Notes: generated by a model from the letters alone, not told the origin. Positions 40,398 to 50,549 are shown, counted from the stretch's first letter. The stretch is DNA of 64,000 bases from an uncultured archaeon (GCA_938083505.1 CALKCF010000006.1:64001-128000); one strand, 5' to 3'. Translations and numbers: made by a program.

Positions 40398-42305
40398 TTA
40401 CATTTCTTCGACTATAGGTATGCCAAGAATTCTTAGGCAGTTGCCCATAGTTATCAGGTAAGCCTTAGTAAGGCTTAGCCTAAATTTCATGGTCTCCTCA
40501 TCATCCGTTAGCACGGGACAGGACTCGTAGAAGTTATTAAAGGCCGATGCCAAGCTATAGGCATAGTTGGCAAGCTTCTTGAGTAGCATCAGCTTTACGG
40601 ATTCTTCTACTACAATGGGAAAGAGAGATATTTCCCTAAGAAGGGTGATTTCCTGATTTTCTAAGACCTTACTCCGCCTAACCTCGCCCTGTTTTACTGG
40701 CGATTTTTCGAGTATCCTACAAGCCCTAGCATAAGAGTACTGTAAGTATGGACCAGTATCCCCTTCGATCTTTAGAGCCTCTTCTCTATCAAAGACTATT
40801 ATCTTATCCGCATCACCTTTCACAAGTGCGTACACTAGCGCACCAACGGCTACCTTCTCCGCGACGTTCTCAACCTTTTGAAGGTGCCAGTCAGGATGCC
40901 TTCGAGCCGTTTCAGACACTACCTTCTCTTTTATGGAGTCTATAACTGAATCGACCTTTACGTATATTCCCTCCCTACCTTTCATGTGAACGAACTCGAC
41001 GCCGCTGACGTTTAGGCCCATCCTCTCCGCCTCTTTTGCACTTAAAGAAACGACCTCATAGGCAAAATGTACATACCTTGAGGGGTCTGCACCAATTAGG
41101 CCAAGCACATACTTCACAATCTCCTGCGGCCTCCTCTGCCTTACGTCTATGACGGTCATCGTCATGTCAACATTCTTGACTTTAAAGTCAATATCACCGT
41201 CTATGTCAGTTATGAGTATATCGCTTTGATCCTTATTTTTGTCAAATAGCTTGTATTTGAAGTCTCTTTTAACAATTCCGAGTTTCCATGCAGCGTATGC
41301 TATATCTCTCGCTACGTACGTCGTAGTTCCATCACTTTTTACTAACACCTCGTCACCTTCTTTGCTAAGTATTTTGTGACCAGAGAGGTTCAACATCCAG
41401 CAACCCGTCTTGGGTCCAAAGGTAGCGAGGTAGCAGGCGTTCTTCTCTTTGAGTTTTGAAAATACTTCTTCCCATAACCCAAACGCGACCACATCGCTTT
41501 CCCTGTTCAGAATATCATAGAAAGCCCCCAATCTCCAGCAAGTCTTTAATTGTTCCTTCAAGACCTTTACGGCTATCTCCCTGCTGAGCATGAAACTATC
41601 GCTCGACCTATCCTCTATTTCCTTAATTAGCAGACGTTTCTTCTCGGACAGCTCAGGCTTCTGCTCTAACAGTCTATTGACCTCGACGTATATCTTGTCG
41701 CCGCAATATTCGTCGAACCTCATACCTTCTGGCGGTTCCATCGGATATCCCAGATACTTAATACCCAGTATGATGTCAGCCATCTGACTTCCGCTGTCGT
41801 CGATATAGTTTGCCACCAAGACGTCGAAACCCGCAAACTTATACAACTTGGCCAATGCACTACCAAGACACACATTCCTTGCATGGCCTACATGCAGTGC
41901 TTTGTTCGGGTTCACACTTGTGTGCTCTATCAGGACGCGTCTACCCCTCCCAATGTCGGACGAACCGTATGCATCTCCAGAGGTTAATACCTCTTCGATT
42001 ATCTTGACGGCATAGGAAGGCCAGTCAACATGGAAATTGATAAACCCTGGTTTGACGACCTCCACGGACTTTATCAAACCTTTTCTACTTTCGATAACAA
42101 CCTTAACTTTTAATGCGATATTTAAGGCAACTTCCATCGGACTTTTATTTAACCTCTTGGCAAGTTCAAAGGCAGAAGTGCATGAAACTTCACCATGCTC
42201 TGAAGATTTTGGTATCTCGAGCCTTGGGTCCGATAACCCGGCCTCCTTTAGGATTTCTGTTGATTCGTTAAGCAATATCTTCACGCTCAACGACTTTCTT
42301 CCCAC
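40398..42305 (-). CDS. argS: Arginyl-tRNA synthetase
   Basis: EHTSVNPNKALHVGH, KSDGTTTY, GDTGPYLQYSYAR, FYESCPVL. Confidence 0.96.
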   Translation of the reverse strand: MGRKSLSVKILLNESTEILKEAGLSDPRLEIPKSSEHGEVSCTSAFELAKRLNKSPMEVALNIALKVKVVIESRKGLIKSVEVVKPGFINFHVDWPSYAVKIIEEVLTSGDAYGSSDIGRGRRVLIEHTSVNPNKALHVGHARNVCLGSALAKLYKFAGFDVLVANYIDDSGSQMADIILGIKYLGYPMEPPEGMRFDEYCGDKIYVEVNRLLEQKPELSEKKRLLIKEIEDRSSDSFMLSREIAVKVLKEQLKTCWRLGAFYDILNRESDVVAFGLWEEVFSKLKEKNACYLATFGPKTGCWMLNLSGHKILSKEGDEVLVKSDGTTTYVARDIAYAAWKLGIVKRDFKYKLFDKNKDQSDILITDIDGDIDFKVKNVDMTMTVIDVRQRRPQEIVKYVLGLIGADPSRYVHFAYEVVSLSAKEAERMGLNVSGVEFVHMKGREGIYVKVDSVIDSIKEKVVSETARRHPDWHLQKVENVAEKVAVGALVYALVKGDADKIIVFDREEALKIEGDTGPYLQYSYARACRILEKSPVKQGEVRRSKVLENQEITLLREISLFPIVVEESVKLMLLKKLANYAYSLASAFNNFYESCPVLTDDEETMKFRLSLTKAYLITMGNCLRILGIPIVEEM

Positions 42306-42520
42306 CTAAGCCCCTAAGAGTTCTGATAAATCCTTGGGAAGGCGCTTATTAAAGCAAAAGTATGTCAAATCAAAATTAAAGGGACCTGACTTGTCATCCT
42401 CACAACGCCGGCCCTTGTACACCTAACCGGAACGGACGCCGTATTCCTTACAAGAATTTTGAGATACGATAAGGTAACACAAATAAGATAGTCCCGTAAT
42501 AATGTTAAGCTAGGCCGATC

Positions 42521-43675
42521 ATGCCGACAAATCTGCCGGCAGAAGCAAAGGCCAAGCTGGCTAAATATAGGGAAGCTAGGACGCATGAGGAAAAAATCAA
42601 GGCGCTGGAGGAGGCAATATCCTGCATACCGCACCATAAGCACACGGAGAAGATGCTCAGACAGCTGAAGAAGAAACTTGCCCAGCTCAGACGTGAGCTT
42701 GAGCACAAACCAGTAAGAGGTGGAAGAAGAGACGAGTGCAGTGTTGAAAAAGAGGGGGCGGCCCAAGTTGTACTAGTTGGTGCCACAAACAGCGGCAAGT
42801 CGTCGTTACTCGCGAGGCTCACAAACGTAACTCCTGAGATAGCCGACTACCCTATGACGACGAGAAAGGCCGTACCAGGTATGATGGTATATGAGGATGT
42901 CGAAATGCAGGTGGTTGAGCTCCCAGCTATTTTAACGGAAACGTTTGAGGAGACAAGCATAGCATACAAGAGCCTCAGTATAGCGAAGAATGCTGACCTC
43001 ATAATGGTCGTTCTTGATGCCTCGAATAGACCGCTCGAGCAGTTCAGAAAGATCGTTGAGATGTTAGAAGATGTTGGTATAGCACTAAAGAAGGCACAGA
43101 CGAAAGTCATACTTGAGAAGAAGGACAGTGGCGGCATAAGGTTCGTGACTTTTGGCAAATTTCACGGTACCGTAGACGATGTCAAGAAGTTACTTGAAAG
43201 TGTCGGTATAAGAAACGCTGTTGTCAAGATAATCGGCGATGCTACGATAGAGGACATTGAGGAGCAGGTCGTGTACGAATTCGTTTACAAGAAGGGGCTT
43301 GTAGTACTTAACAAGTGTGATATTAAACTTGAAAGCTCAAGCAAGGTCGAGGAGCTAAGCGCGCAACTCGGAATCCCGCTTGTAAAAGTCTCAGCAAAAG
43401 AAGGGAGAGGTTTGGACGAATTAAAACGGCTCATATTCGAAAACTTAGGACTCATAAGAGTTTATACGCAAAAGGACGGCGTAGTCGCACACAAGCCGAT
43501 AGTCGTTCCAAGCGGTACAACCGTCAGTCAGCTCGCGTACCTTATCCACAAGGAGCTTGCGGAGGGTTTCAGATATGCTAAGGTTTGGGGTAAATCCGTC
43601 AAAATACAGGGTCAAAAAGTAGGCGCCGACCATGTATTGCAAGACAAAGATTTGGTCGAGATATTTGCCATGTGA
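42521..43675 (+). CDS. DRG/OBG-family GTPase with TGS domain
   Basis: MPTNLP, GATNSGKS, YPMTT, NKCD, C-terminal TGS. Confidence 0.9.
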   Translation: MPTNLPAEAKAKLAKYREARTHEEKIKALEEAISCIPHHKHTEKMLRQLKKKLAQLRRELEHKPVRGGRRDECSVEKEGAAQVVLVGATNSGKSSLLARLTNVTPEIADYPMTTRKAVPGMMVYEDVEMQVVELPAILTETFEETSIAYKSLSIAKNADLIMVVLDASNRPLEQFRKIVEMLEDVGIALKKAQTKVILEKKDSGGIRFVTFGKFHGTVDDVKKLLESVGIRNAVVKIIGDATIEDIEEQVVYEFVYKKGLVVLNKCDIKLESSSKVEELSAQLGIPLVKVSAKEGRGLDELKRLIFENLGLIRVYTQKDGVVAHKPIVVPSGTTVSQLAYLIHKELAEGFRYAKVWGKSVKIQGQKVGADHVLQDKDLVEIFAM

Positions 43676-43796
43676 GAGCTTATACCATGGGTGTATGGGC
43701 CCTCTCGGAACAAAGCAATTTTACTAAACTTTCCAACCAAGTACCATGAATTCGTTCAGCCCGTTAGAAAAAATTTATACATTATTTAGGATAAGG

Positions 43797-44846
43797 CTAC
43801 TTCCACGATCTGCTCAGTAACAAGAGCGCGGCCACCGCGGCGAATACCGCTATGCCGAAAAGGCCTATGCCGAAGGATAGTATGGGGTGCGTAGGCATGC
43901 AATAAAGAGTGTAGAAGAATGAAGCAGACTGATTGTTCACACCATGCATGTACGAGACGAGCCAAACGCTGCCCGATTTAATGAAGGCTAAGCCGAAGAT
44001 CACGGATAGTGTAACGGTGTATGCGCTCATCAGAAGTATACCTTCAACGGGATAACCTGGATAGTTGTGACCCATGGTTATCAAGGGTGCATGCCAAACG
44101 CCCCATATCAGACCTACGAGCAGTGCCGCTTTCACTTTGCCTACAATACCCGCCAGCTCCGTTTGAAGGTAACCTCTCCAACCATACTCTTCACCAAACG
44201 TTACAAGCAGCGTGATAAAAGGTGATATTATTATTAGCTGAATTCCCATTAAGATGAGGGCACCTATCACCTCAGGTGCTCTATAGTCTGGGAGGGCAAA
44301 CAACTCCTCCGATCTGACGGGCGTACCTAAGCCGAGGTTGCAGTTTAACCACGCCATGCCACCATAAAGCAACACTAGAAGCGAGCTGAACATGAGGTAG
44401 TACTTGGGGCTTCCGAAGGATAGCCCGGCTTTACGGAAAGCATCGCCGCCCATCATAAACCTGAGAGCTACTAGAAATAAAAGACCTAGGATCGTCATAA
44501 CGAATGTCAATGTGTCTGCTAGTCCAACATACTGGGGTGAAATCCAAGACGCTATGGAAAATATTAGAAAGACGGCAAAGTATAAGAGGAAGAAGTAAAA
44601 GAAGAGCCTAGTTTTTTCTCGGAAAGTCCTGAAGTATATGTCGCTGTCCTTCTCGAAGAACATCTTAAGCACGATTGCCGAAAAGGCCGGCACGAGCATC
44701 ATAGCCATCATAGACGTTCTAGCCTCAACGGGTAGCTTGAGACCAAATGCCAAGACCATGCCTAAGTTTAAACCATAAGTCAGAGCAAAAGTCAATGCGA
44801 TGAATCGTATTATCTTTCTTTGGCTGGCATTGACCTCTGACAACAT
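43797..44846 (-). CDS. CPBP (Abi/Rce1-like) intramembrane metalloprotease
   Basis: GEEYGWRGYL, WGVWH, HGVNN. Confidence 0.9.
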   Translation of the reverse strand: MLSEVNASQRKIIRFIALTFALTYGLNLGMVLAFGLKLPVEARTSMMAMMLVPAFSAIVLKMFFEKDSDIYFRTFREKTRLFFYFFLLYFAVFLIFSIASWISPQYVGLADTLTFVMTILGLLFLVALRFMMGGDAFRKAGLSFGSPKYYLMFSSLLVLLYGGMAWLNCNLGLGTPVRSEELFALPDYRAPEVIGALILMGIQLIIISPFITLLVTFGEEYGWRGYLQTELAGIVGKVKAALLVGLIWGVWHAPLITMGHNYPGYPVEGILLMSAYTVTLSVIFGLAFIKSGSVWLVSYMHGVNNQSASFFYTLYCMPTHPILSFGIGLFGIAVFAAVAALLLLSRSWK

Positions 44847-44942
44847 ATCTAAAAACAACGCAACAAAAAGATAAGTTTTTAGCATCAGCTGGTGGGAATA
44901 ACGTTTATTACTTATACAGTAGCATGAATTTGAGGTGGTCAA

Positions 44943-45188
44943 ATGATGTATGAGGCTGCCTCAGTGCTGCTACTTTCACTCTCAGTAATTTTCTCAATAC
45001 TAGCAGTTGAGGTGAACAGCCTATATAGGGCTATCTTCGGACTTTTTGGTATGACGGCCACGCTAGGTATTCTGTTTATACTGATGGCGGCATACTATGC
45101 TGGTATAGCGCAACTGTTGGTTTATGCAGGTGGTCTGATAGCTCTCATGCTGGTTGTAGTCTCTCTGACAGAAGGTAAAGAGAGATGA
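44943..45188 (+). CDS. NuoJ-like subunit, N-terminal half
   Basis: Three TMs, QLLVYAGG motif. Confidence 0.75.
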   Translation: MMYEAASVLLLSLSVIFSILAVEVNSLYRAIFGLFGMTATLGILFILMAAYYAGIAQLLVYAGGLIALMLVVVSLTEGKER

Positions 45189-45442
45189 AGTTTGCAGAGC
45201 TACTAGGATCGGTATCAACCATTGTATTGGCATTCGTCCTCATCTACAGCTTTGCAACAAGCCCACCCGTGTATGAGCGGTGGAACGATGCAACCAGCAG
45301 GCTTATAACACCCAGCGCTATAGAATCCGGCAAAGCCATAAGCATCTACATATGGAGGGATCTATTCCCGGCAATAATCGCGCTAGCTATAGCTCTATTG
45401 GCCTTCATCATGGCACTCGTGGTCCTACTGAGGAGGGAGTAA
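45185..45442 (+). CDS. NuoJ-like subunit, C-terminal half
   Basis: Two TMs; lies between NuoJ-N and NuoK; ATGA coupling. Confidence 0.6.
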   Translation: MKFAELLGSVSTIVLAFVLIYSFATSPPVYERWNDATSRLITPSAIESGKAISIYIWRDLFPAIIALAIALLAFIMALVVLLRRE

Positions 45443-45445
45443 GCA

Positions 45446-45763
45446 ATGCAACTCTTTATTCTCTACTATGTTCTCACCGCCGTTATGCTTTTCATAATCG
45501 GCGTCTATGCCTTAGCGACGAAGAGGAGCATTATAAAGACGATAATAGGCGTCGAGATAATGATAAACGCTGCCCACCTAAACTTTGTAGCATTTTCTAC
45601 TAACTTCCCTGGAGGCATGATAGATCCATTCGCCCAGAGCGTCGTCCTCCTATCCATGGCCGCTGGAGCGGCAGTCATAGCGTTGGCCCTCCTGCTTAGC
45701 GTCCACGTGTACAGGACGTATAAGACACTGGACATAACAGTTCTGAGAAAACTGAGGAGGTAA
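45446..45763 (+). CDS. NuoK/MnhC-like subunit
   Basis: LFIIGVY, IGVEIMINAAHLNFV, C-terminal RTYKTLDI..L. Confidence 0.8.
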   Translation: MQLFILYYVLTAVMLFIIGVYALATKRSIIKTIIGVEIMINAAHLNFVAFSTNFPGGMIDPFAQSVVLLSMAAGAAVIALALLLSVHVYRTYKTLDITVLRKLRR

Positions 45764-45822
45764 CCGATTTTGGAGAATATATTTAATTTTAGGTACTCTG
45801 TGCCATTCAGTTTGGAAACCCT

Positions 45823-46044
45823 ATGAGGTTGGGCAAAGTCTTCGGCCTCTTTCTGATGATTGTCGCCGTAATGCTGGCTGCTTTTTACACAACGTGGTTT
45901 TTTGGCCTTATAAAGGGTCTTGACCCTGAGCTCGCCGTGAAGGTTCCGATGCTGATCATCGTCCTATTCTTCCTCTTCGTCGTAGGATGGACTGGGTACG
46001 TGATGTATACCACACCCCTGCCAAGGTCTATCAGAAGAGATTAA
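45823..46044 (+). CDS. Small 2-TM membrane protein, DPM2-like
   Basis: 73 aa; FYTTW, P.LAV.VP and GYVM pattern. Confidence 0.7.
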   Translation: MRLGKVFGLFLMIVAVMLAAFYTTWFFGLIKGLDPELAVKVPMLIIVLFFLFVVGWTGYVMYTTPLPRSIRRD

Positions 46045-46760
46045 GAGCGGATAAGCCTTCCTTCTGGTGTTATCTCGCCCCTAATTATTCTCGAAGACGA
46101 TATTGGCTTTCCATCTTCTGCAAGGATTATAGGACACTCTATCACGTCTAGGGGCTTCATCAAACCCTCAGTCCTTATGGCATTTATTTCCAAGGTTCTA
46201 AATACTGTAAATGGGCTGACCACTATTGCCTCCATAACAGCCTCGGTTACCGAGGGGCCATAAGGGTCATCGAGCTTAACTATCGTTGCGTTATCAATCC
46301 AGCCGTGCTTCTCCAGGGCTTTCTTCAAGTTATTTACGCGCTCATTGTAGGGCTTTACTTCGTGATCCTTTCCTAACCTTTTGGCAAGCTCATCGCTAGT
46401 AACACCTATGATCACTTTCTTACCGCTCCTGAAAGCCGTCAGAAGTAACGCGAGGTGCCCGTAATGGATTATATCGAAAGTGCCTCCCAAACATACACGA
46501 TTATACTTTCGCTCGGCCGGTAACAGGTTATTGAGCTCTTCCTCAAAATCTATCGCGTACATCCTAAGCTCATCCAAGATGACCATCGCCTCGCCCAACG
46601 GTATGCCCAACCTCACACTCAGCTCCTCCGCGCTTATGGACGGTTCGCTCGTAATTATTTTGTCCCTGACATAGGATTTGTGAGCGGGATAGAGACTCAT
46701 ACTCTTAACGGTATCCACAAGGACCTTCCATAGGAAATTTTTTGCATAATCTCTTCTCAA
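46041..46760 (-). CDS. coaD: Phosphopantetheine adenylyltransferase with N-terminal HTH-like domain
   Basis: GGTFDIIHYGH, GVTSD, DPYGP, DGKPISSSRI..GEI. Confidence 0.88.
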   Translation of the reverse strand: MRRDYAKNFLWKVLVDTVKSMSLYPAHKSYVRDKIITSEPSISAEELSVRLGIPLGEAMVILDELRMYAIDFEEELNNLLPAERKYNRVCLGGTFDIIHYGHLALLLTAFRSGKKVIIGVTSDELAKRLGKDHEVKPYNERVNNLKKALEKHGWIDNATIVKLDDPYGPSVTEAVMEAIVVSPFTVFRTLEINAIRTEGLMKPLDVIECPIILAEDGKPISSSRIIRGEITPEGRLIRS

Positions 46761-46805
46761 GGTCGAATATTCTATTTTTTCGGCGCGTAATAAAAATTAG
46801 CTGGT

Positions 46806-47747
46806 CTAAGATCGAGCGATTGTATAGGAAAATAACTCTATTATTTTTGATGCAACCTCGATGGACGCCTTTTCCTGAGCCTCTAACGTCTGAGCACCTA
46901 TGTGGGGCGTGCATATAACGTTTGGAAGCTCGAGCAACTTCTTGTTAACAGGCGGCTCCACACTGTATACATCCAGGGCAGCACCCCTCAGCCTTCCGGT
47001 TACTAGGGCTTCATAGAGAGCCTCCTCGTCTATTACCCCACCTCTCGATGTATTGACTAAAAACGCTCCTCGTTTTATGAGATGTATGTTGTCTCTATTT
47101 AGCAACTTTCTCGTTGAAGGTGTTAAGGGAACGTGGAGTGTTATATAATCCGATGCCTTCAGAAGCTCTGAGAGTGGAAGAAACCTTCCTGACACTTTCT
47201 TCAAAAAATCTTCGGGTATCAGAACTACATCGTTCAGTAGTACCTCCATATCGAATGCTCTCGTTAATTCTGCAACCCTCCTACCTACTCTTCCCACACC
47301 AATTATGCCCACGGTCTTTCCTCTTAGCTCCACACCCTCGTATTTTCCTTTTAACCAGTTGCCCTTTTTCATTTCATCATTTAGTAAGCAGATATTTCGT
47401 GAGAGGGCCAGCATGAGACCTATTGTTAGCTCAGCTGTCGCATTTGCTACGGCGTCCCCGGCACAGATCACCTCTATTCCCCGTTCACGGGCCGCATCGA
47501 CGTCTATGTTGTCCGTACCGACCCCAACCCTTGCGATTACCCTTAGATTCTTTGCCGCCTCTATAACATCCCTACCAACTTTTGTTCTACTTCTGACCAT
47601 AATTACCTCGTATTCGGAAACAACGTTCAACAACTCATCGTGTGAGATTTCCTCAACCACTGTAACCTTAAAACCTGCATCCTTCAGCCTCTCTATTCCG
47701 GCCTTATGAATCTTATCGCAGACCAAGACTTTCGGAGGGTTGTCCAC
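46806..47747 (-). CDS. serA: D-3-phosphoglycerate dehydrogenase-like 2-hydroxyacid dehydrogenase (no ACT domain)
   Basis: VRSRTKV, RVGVGTDNID, GVGRVG, NTSRG, TPHIGAQTLEAQ. Confidence 0.8.
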   Translation of the reverse strand: MDNPPKVLVCDKIHKAGIERLKDAGFKVTVVEEISHDELLNVVSEYEVIMVRSRTKVGRDVIEAAKNLRVIARVGVGTDNIDVDAARERGIEVICAGDAVANATAELTIGLMLALSRNICLLNDEMKKGNWLKGKYEGVELRGKTVGIIGVGRVGRRVAELTRAFDMEVLLNDVVLIPEDFLKKVSGRFLPLSELLKASDYITLHVPLTPSTRKLLNRDNIHLIKRGAFLVNTSRGGVIDEEALYEALVTGRLRGAALDVYSVEPPVNKKLLELPNVICTPHIGAQTLEAQEKASIEVASKIIELFSYTIARS

Positions 47748-47754
47748 CGAAGCA

Positions 47755-49146
47755 TCACCTTAGATACGGTAGCTCTTCGATCCATGAGTAAAGCTTCTTT
47801 AACTTTTCTATAGAATTCCTTATGACGTTCTCAGGACATTCCCATTTGGGCAGCTTTCCTGCGAAGAACTCGCTGTAAGCATACATGTCAAAGTGCCCAT
47901 GGCCGCAAAGGTTGAAGAGTATCGTCTTCTTCTCACCTGTCTTCTTACACCTTAAAGCCTCATCCATCACATATTTTATCGTATGCGACGGTTCCGGTGC
48001 GGGCACTATACCTTCGGTCCTAGCGAATATAGTTGCAGCCTCGAAGACGGATACTTGGTCGTAGGCTACCGCCTTAACATAGCCCTCCTTCACGAGTAGG
48101 CAGAGTGTCGGCGCGTCGCCATGGTATCTTAACCCTCCAGCATGTATAGGTGGCGGTATGAAGTCCGAGCCGACCGTGTACATTGCTAGAAGCGGCGTCA
48201 GCCGTGCCGTGTCACCGTGGTCGTATGTGTATATACCCTTAGTTAAGGTAGGACAGGCTGTAGGCTCGGTTGCGACAAACTCTGTATCCTTCTCGGCCTT
48301 CTTCGTCATCTTATCATAGTAGAATGGCCAAAAAAGGCCTGAGAAGCTGCTTCCACCTCCGACGCAACCAGTTACCACGTCAGGATACTCGTCCAGCATC
48401 TCCAGTTGCTTCTTTGCCTCAAGACCTTGAACCGTCTGGTGCATTAGAACGTGGTTAAGTACGCTGCCCAGCGCATACTTTGTGCCTTCGTGCGTCAGAG
48501 CATCTTCGATCGCCTCGCTTATCGCTATGCCTAAGCTTCCCGGATTTTGTGGGTCGCTCTTTAACACGTTCCTGCCGAAGTTCGTCCTATCGCTGGGACT
48601 TGGCAGAACCTCCGCTCCCCACACTTGCATCATTATCTTCCTATAGGGTTTTTGATCGTAGCTTGCCCTCACCATATAAACTGTGCACTTTAGGTTGAAT
48701 AACATGCAGCCGAAGGCAAGGGCAGAGCCCCACTGGCCAGCACCGGTCTCCGTCGTCAGCCTCTCCTGTCCTTCTTTCATGTTGTAGTAAGCTTGCGCAA
48801 CGGCCGTGTTGGGCTTATGAGAGCCGGGCGGACTCACACCTTCGAACTTATAGTAAATCTTCGCCGGCGTTTTTAGATACCTTTCAAGCCCTATCGCCCT
48901 GTACAGTGGCGTCGGCCTCCACAGGGCATAAACTTCCCTTATCTCCTCAGGTATCGGAATCCACCTATCCATGCTCATTTCCTGCTTAAGTAGCTCCTTC
49001 GCAAAAACTCTCTCAAGCTTCGCTGGCGAGACTGGAGCCCTCGTCTCGGGGTCTATCGGTGGAGGCAGGGGTTTTGGTAGGTCAGGCAGTATGTTATACC
49101 ACTCCTTCGGTATCTCATCATCGCTAAGGATCACCTTGCGTTGCAT
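47755..49146 (-). CDS. trpB2: Tryptophan synthase beta, TrpB2 type
   Basis: [48 protein letters not shown]; ATG at 49146. Confidence 0.95.
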   Translation of the reverse strand: MQRKVILSDDEIPKEWYNILPDLPKPLPPPIDPETRAPVSPAKLERVFAKELLKQEMSMDRWIPIPEEIREVYALWRPTPLYRAIGLERYLKTPAKIYYKFEGVSPPGSHKPNTAVAQAYYNMKEGQERLTTETGAGQWGSALAFGCMLFNLKCTVYMVRASYDQKPYRKIMMQVWGAEVLPSPSDRTNFGRNVLKSDPQNPGSLGIAISEAIEDALTHEGTKYALGSVLNHVLMHQTVQGLEAKKQLEMLDEYPDVVTGCVGGGSSFSGLFWPFYYDKMTKKAEKDTEFVATEPTACPTLTKGIYTYDHGDTARLTPLLAMYTVGSDFIPPPIHAGGLRYHGDAPTLCLLVKEGYVKAVAYDQVSVFEAATIFARTEGIVPAPEPSHTIKYVMDEALRCKKTGEKKTILFNLCGHGHFDMYAYSEFFAGKLPKWECPENVIRNSIEKLKKLYSWIEELPYLR

Positions 49147-49210
49147 GGTCTCTTTTTGAGTTTTGACCTCTAATAAACGTTGTGTGTCAAAATGAATGCA
49201 CTCATAATGA

Positions 49211-49351
49211 TGTACAAATTTGTACGTCCAATATACGTCGAAAAAATTCTGAGAAATTATTACGTTTTCGGAAAACATATAATTTAATAATGCATAGAAT
49301 CCTTACACTTAAGTTATAGAATGTTTGTACGAATATTTATGTGCATGTACA
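49211..49351. promoter_or_regulatory. TGTAC(A/G) boxes (TRP-box-like) in the divergent trpB2 / aminotransferase promoter region
   Basis: TGTACA-N4-TGTACG at 49211-49226, TGTACG at 49326, TGTACA at 49346. Confidence 0.55.
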
Positions 49352-49409
49352 GCATAGGACGTTGAACGAGTAAAAGATTTAAAGCACTTACTATATTAAC
49401 GATTTTTTA

Positions 49410-50549
49410 ATGTTGTTGGTGACGCCGGGCCCTACGGAGCTCCATGAGCGCGTCCTCGCTGCGATGTCCAAGCAGGTGATCAGTCACAGAGGGCCTGAGC
49501 TTCAGGAGCTCTACACTTCTTTAGTTGAGAAGTTTAGGAAGTTGCTCAAAACCGATGGTAGCGTGTTCGTTCTTGCATGTTCCGCCACGGGCGGTATAGA
49601 GTGTGCCGTGTCGAACATAATAAACAGGGGCGACAAGGTGTTAACACCAGTGTTTGGTGTTTTTTCAGAAAGGTTTGCTGAAGCCGCTAAGTTTTATGGG
49701 GCCGAAGTTACTTACGTAAACATCAAACCGCAAAGCGCTCCGAGCCCTGAAATAATCAAAAAAGTGCTCGAAGAGAAGACTTACGATGTCGCGTTGCTTG
49801 TGTACAATGAAACTTCTACCGGTACAAGGAGTAAAGATTTTAAGGAAATTGTCAGGGTATGCAAAGAGCGTGATGTTCTTGTCGCAGTGGATGCTGTCTC
49901 TGCTGCTGGGGGACTGCCCCTTGAAGTTGATACTTGGGACATAGATGTTTGTGTCATAGGTAGTCAGAAGTGTTATGCTGGCCCACCTGGCCTTTCGATA
50001 CTAACCGTAAGCGAGGATGCCTGGCATAAGATCAGGAGTGCCAGAAGGCCTTTCTACTTTGACCTCATAAAGTACATGAGGTTTTACGAAGAGCATCGTG
50101 AGACACCTTTCACACCAGCAGTTAACCTAATGTATGGAATGGACGAAGCGCTCAACATCGTCTTGGAATATGGGGCAGATCGTTGGGTAAAGAGACACAT
50201 GGACTTTGCTGATATTATCTACGAGGTCCTCGAAAAATCCAATATAAATCTCTTCGCAGAGAAAGAATACAGGTCTCCTACGGTCATATCCATTTCACTA
50301 CCTAACGGTGTAACGGATTCTGAAGTCCTCGAAGAGCTCAGGGTTAGGCACGGCGTGGTGGCCGCTGGCGGTATGGGGAGCATGAAAGGGTCGCTCATAA
50401 GAGTCGCCAACATGGGAAACTTGAGCGTTAAGAAGACAGTTAAGGTGTATGATGCCATTTTCGATGTCATGTTCTTTAAAGTTGGTGGTATAGATCGTCA
50501 GGCCGTCGGAGTTTTGGAAGAGCGGCTACGTAAAATGGGTTATCAATGA
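49410..50549 (+). CDS. Class V PLP aminotransferase (serine-pyruvate / archaeal phosphoserine aminotransferase-like)
   Basis: TPGP, SHRG, NETSTG, VDAVS, GSQKC..GPPGL, TPFTP. Confidence 0.9.
   Translation: MLLVTPGPTELHERVLAAMSKQVISHRGPELQELYTSLVEKFRKLLKTDGSVFVLACSATGGIECAVSNIINRGDKVLTPVFGVFSERFAEAAKFYGAEVTYVNIKPQSAPSPEIIKKVLEEKTYDVALLVYNETSTGTRSKDFKEIVRVCKERDVLVAVDAVSAAGGLPLEVDTWDIDVCVIGSQKCYAGPPGLSILTVSEDAWHKIRSARRPFYFDLIKYMRFYEEHRETPFTPAVNLMYGMDEALNIVLEYGADRWVKRHMDFADIIYEVLEKSNINLFAEKEYRSPTVISISLPNGVTDSEVLEELRVRHGVVAAGGMGSMKGSLIRVANMGNLSVKKTVKVYDAIFDVMFFKVGGIDRQAVGVLEERLRKMGYQ

Noticed and set aside
49147-49278. Extended trpB2 N-terminus (likewise the ORF-track starts of GGGPS, rio2, CPBP, rpl7ae)
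   Set aside because: Extensions run through promoter DNA or neighbouring genes; downstream starts fit the family N-termini
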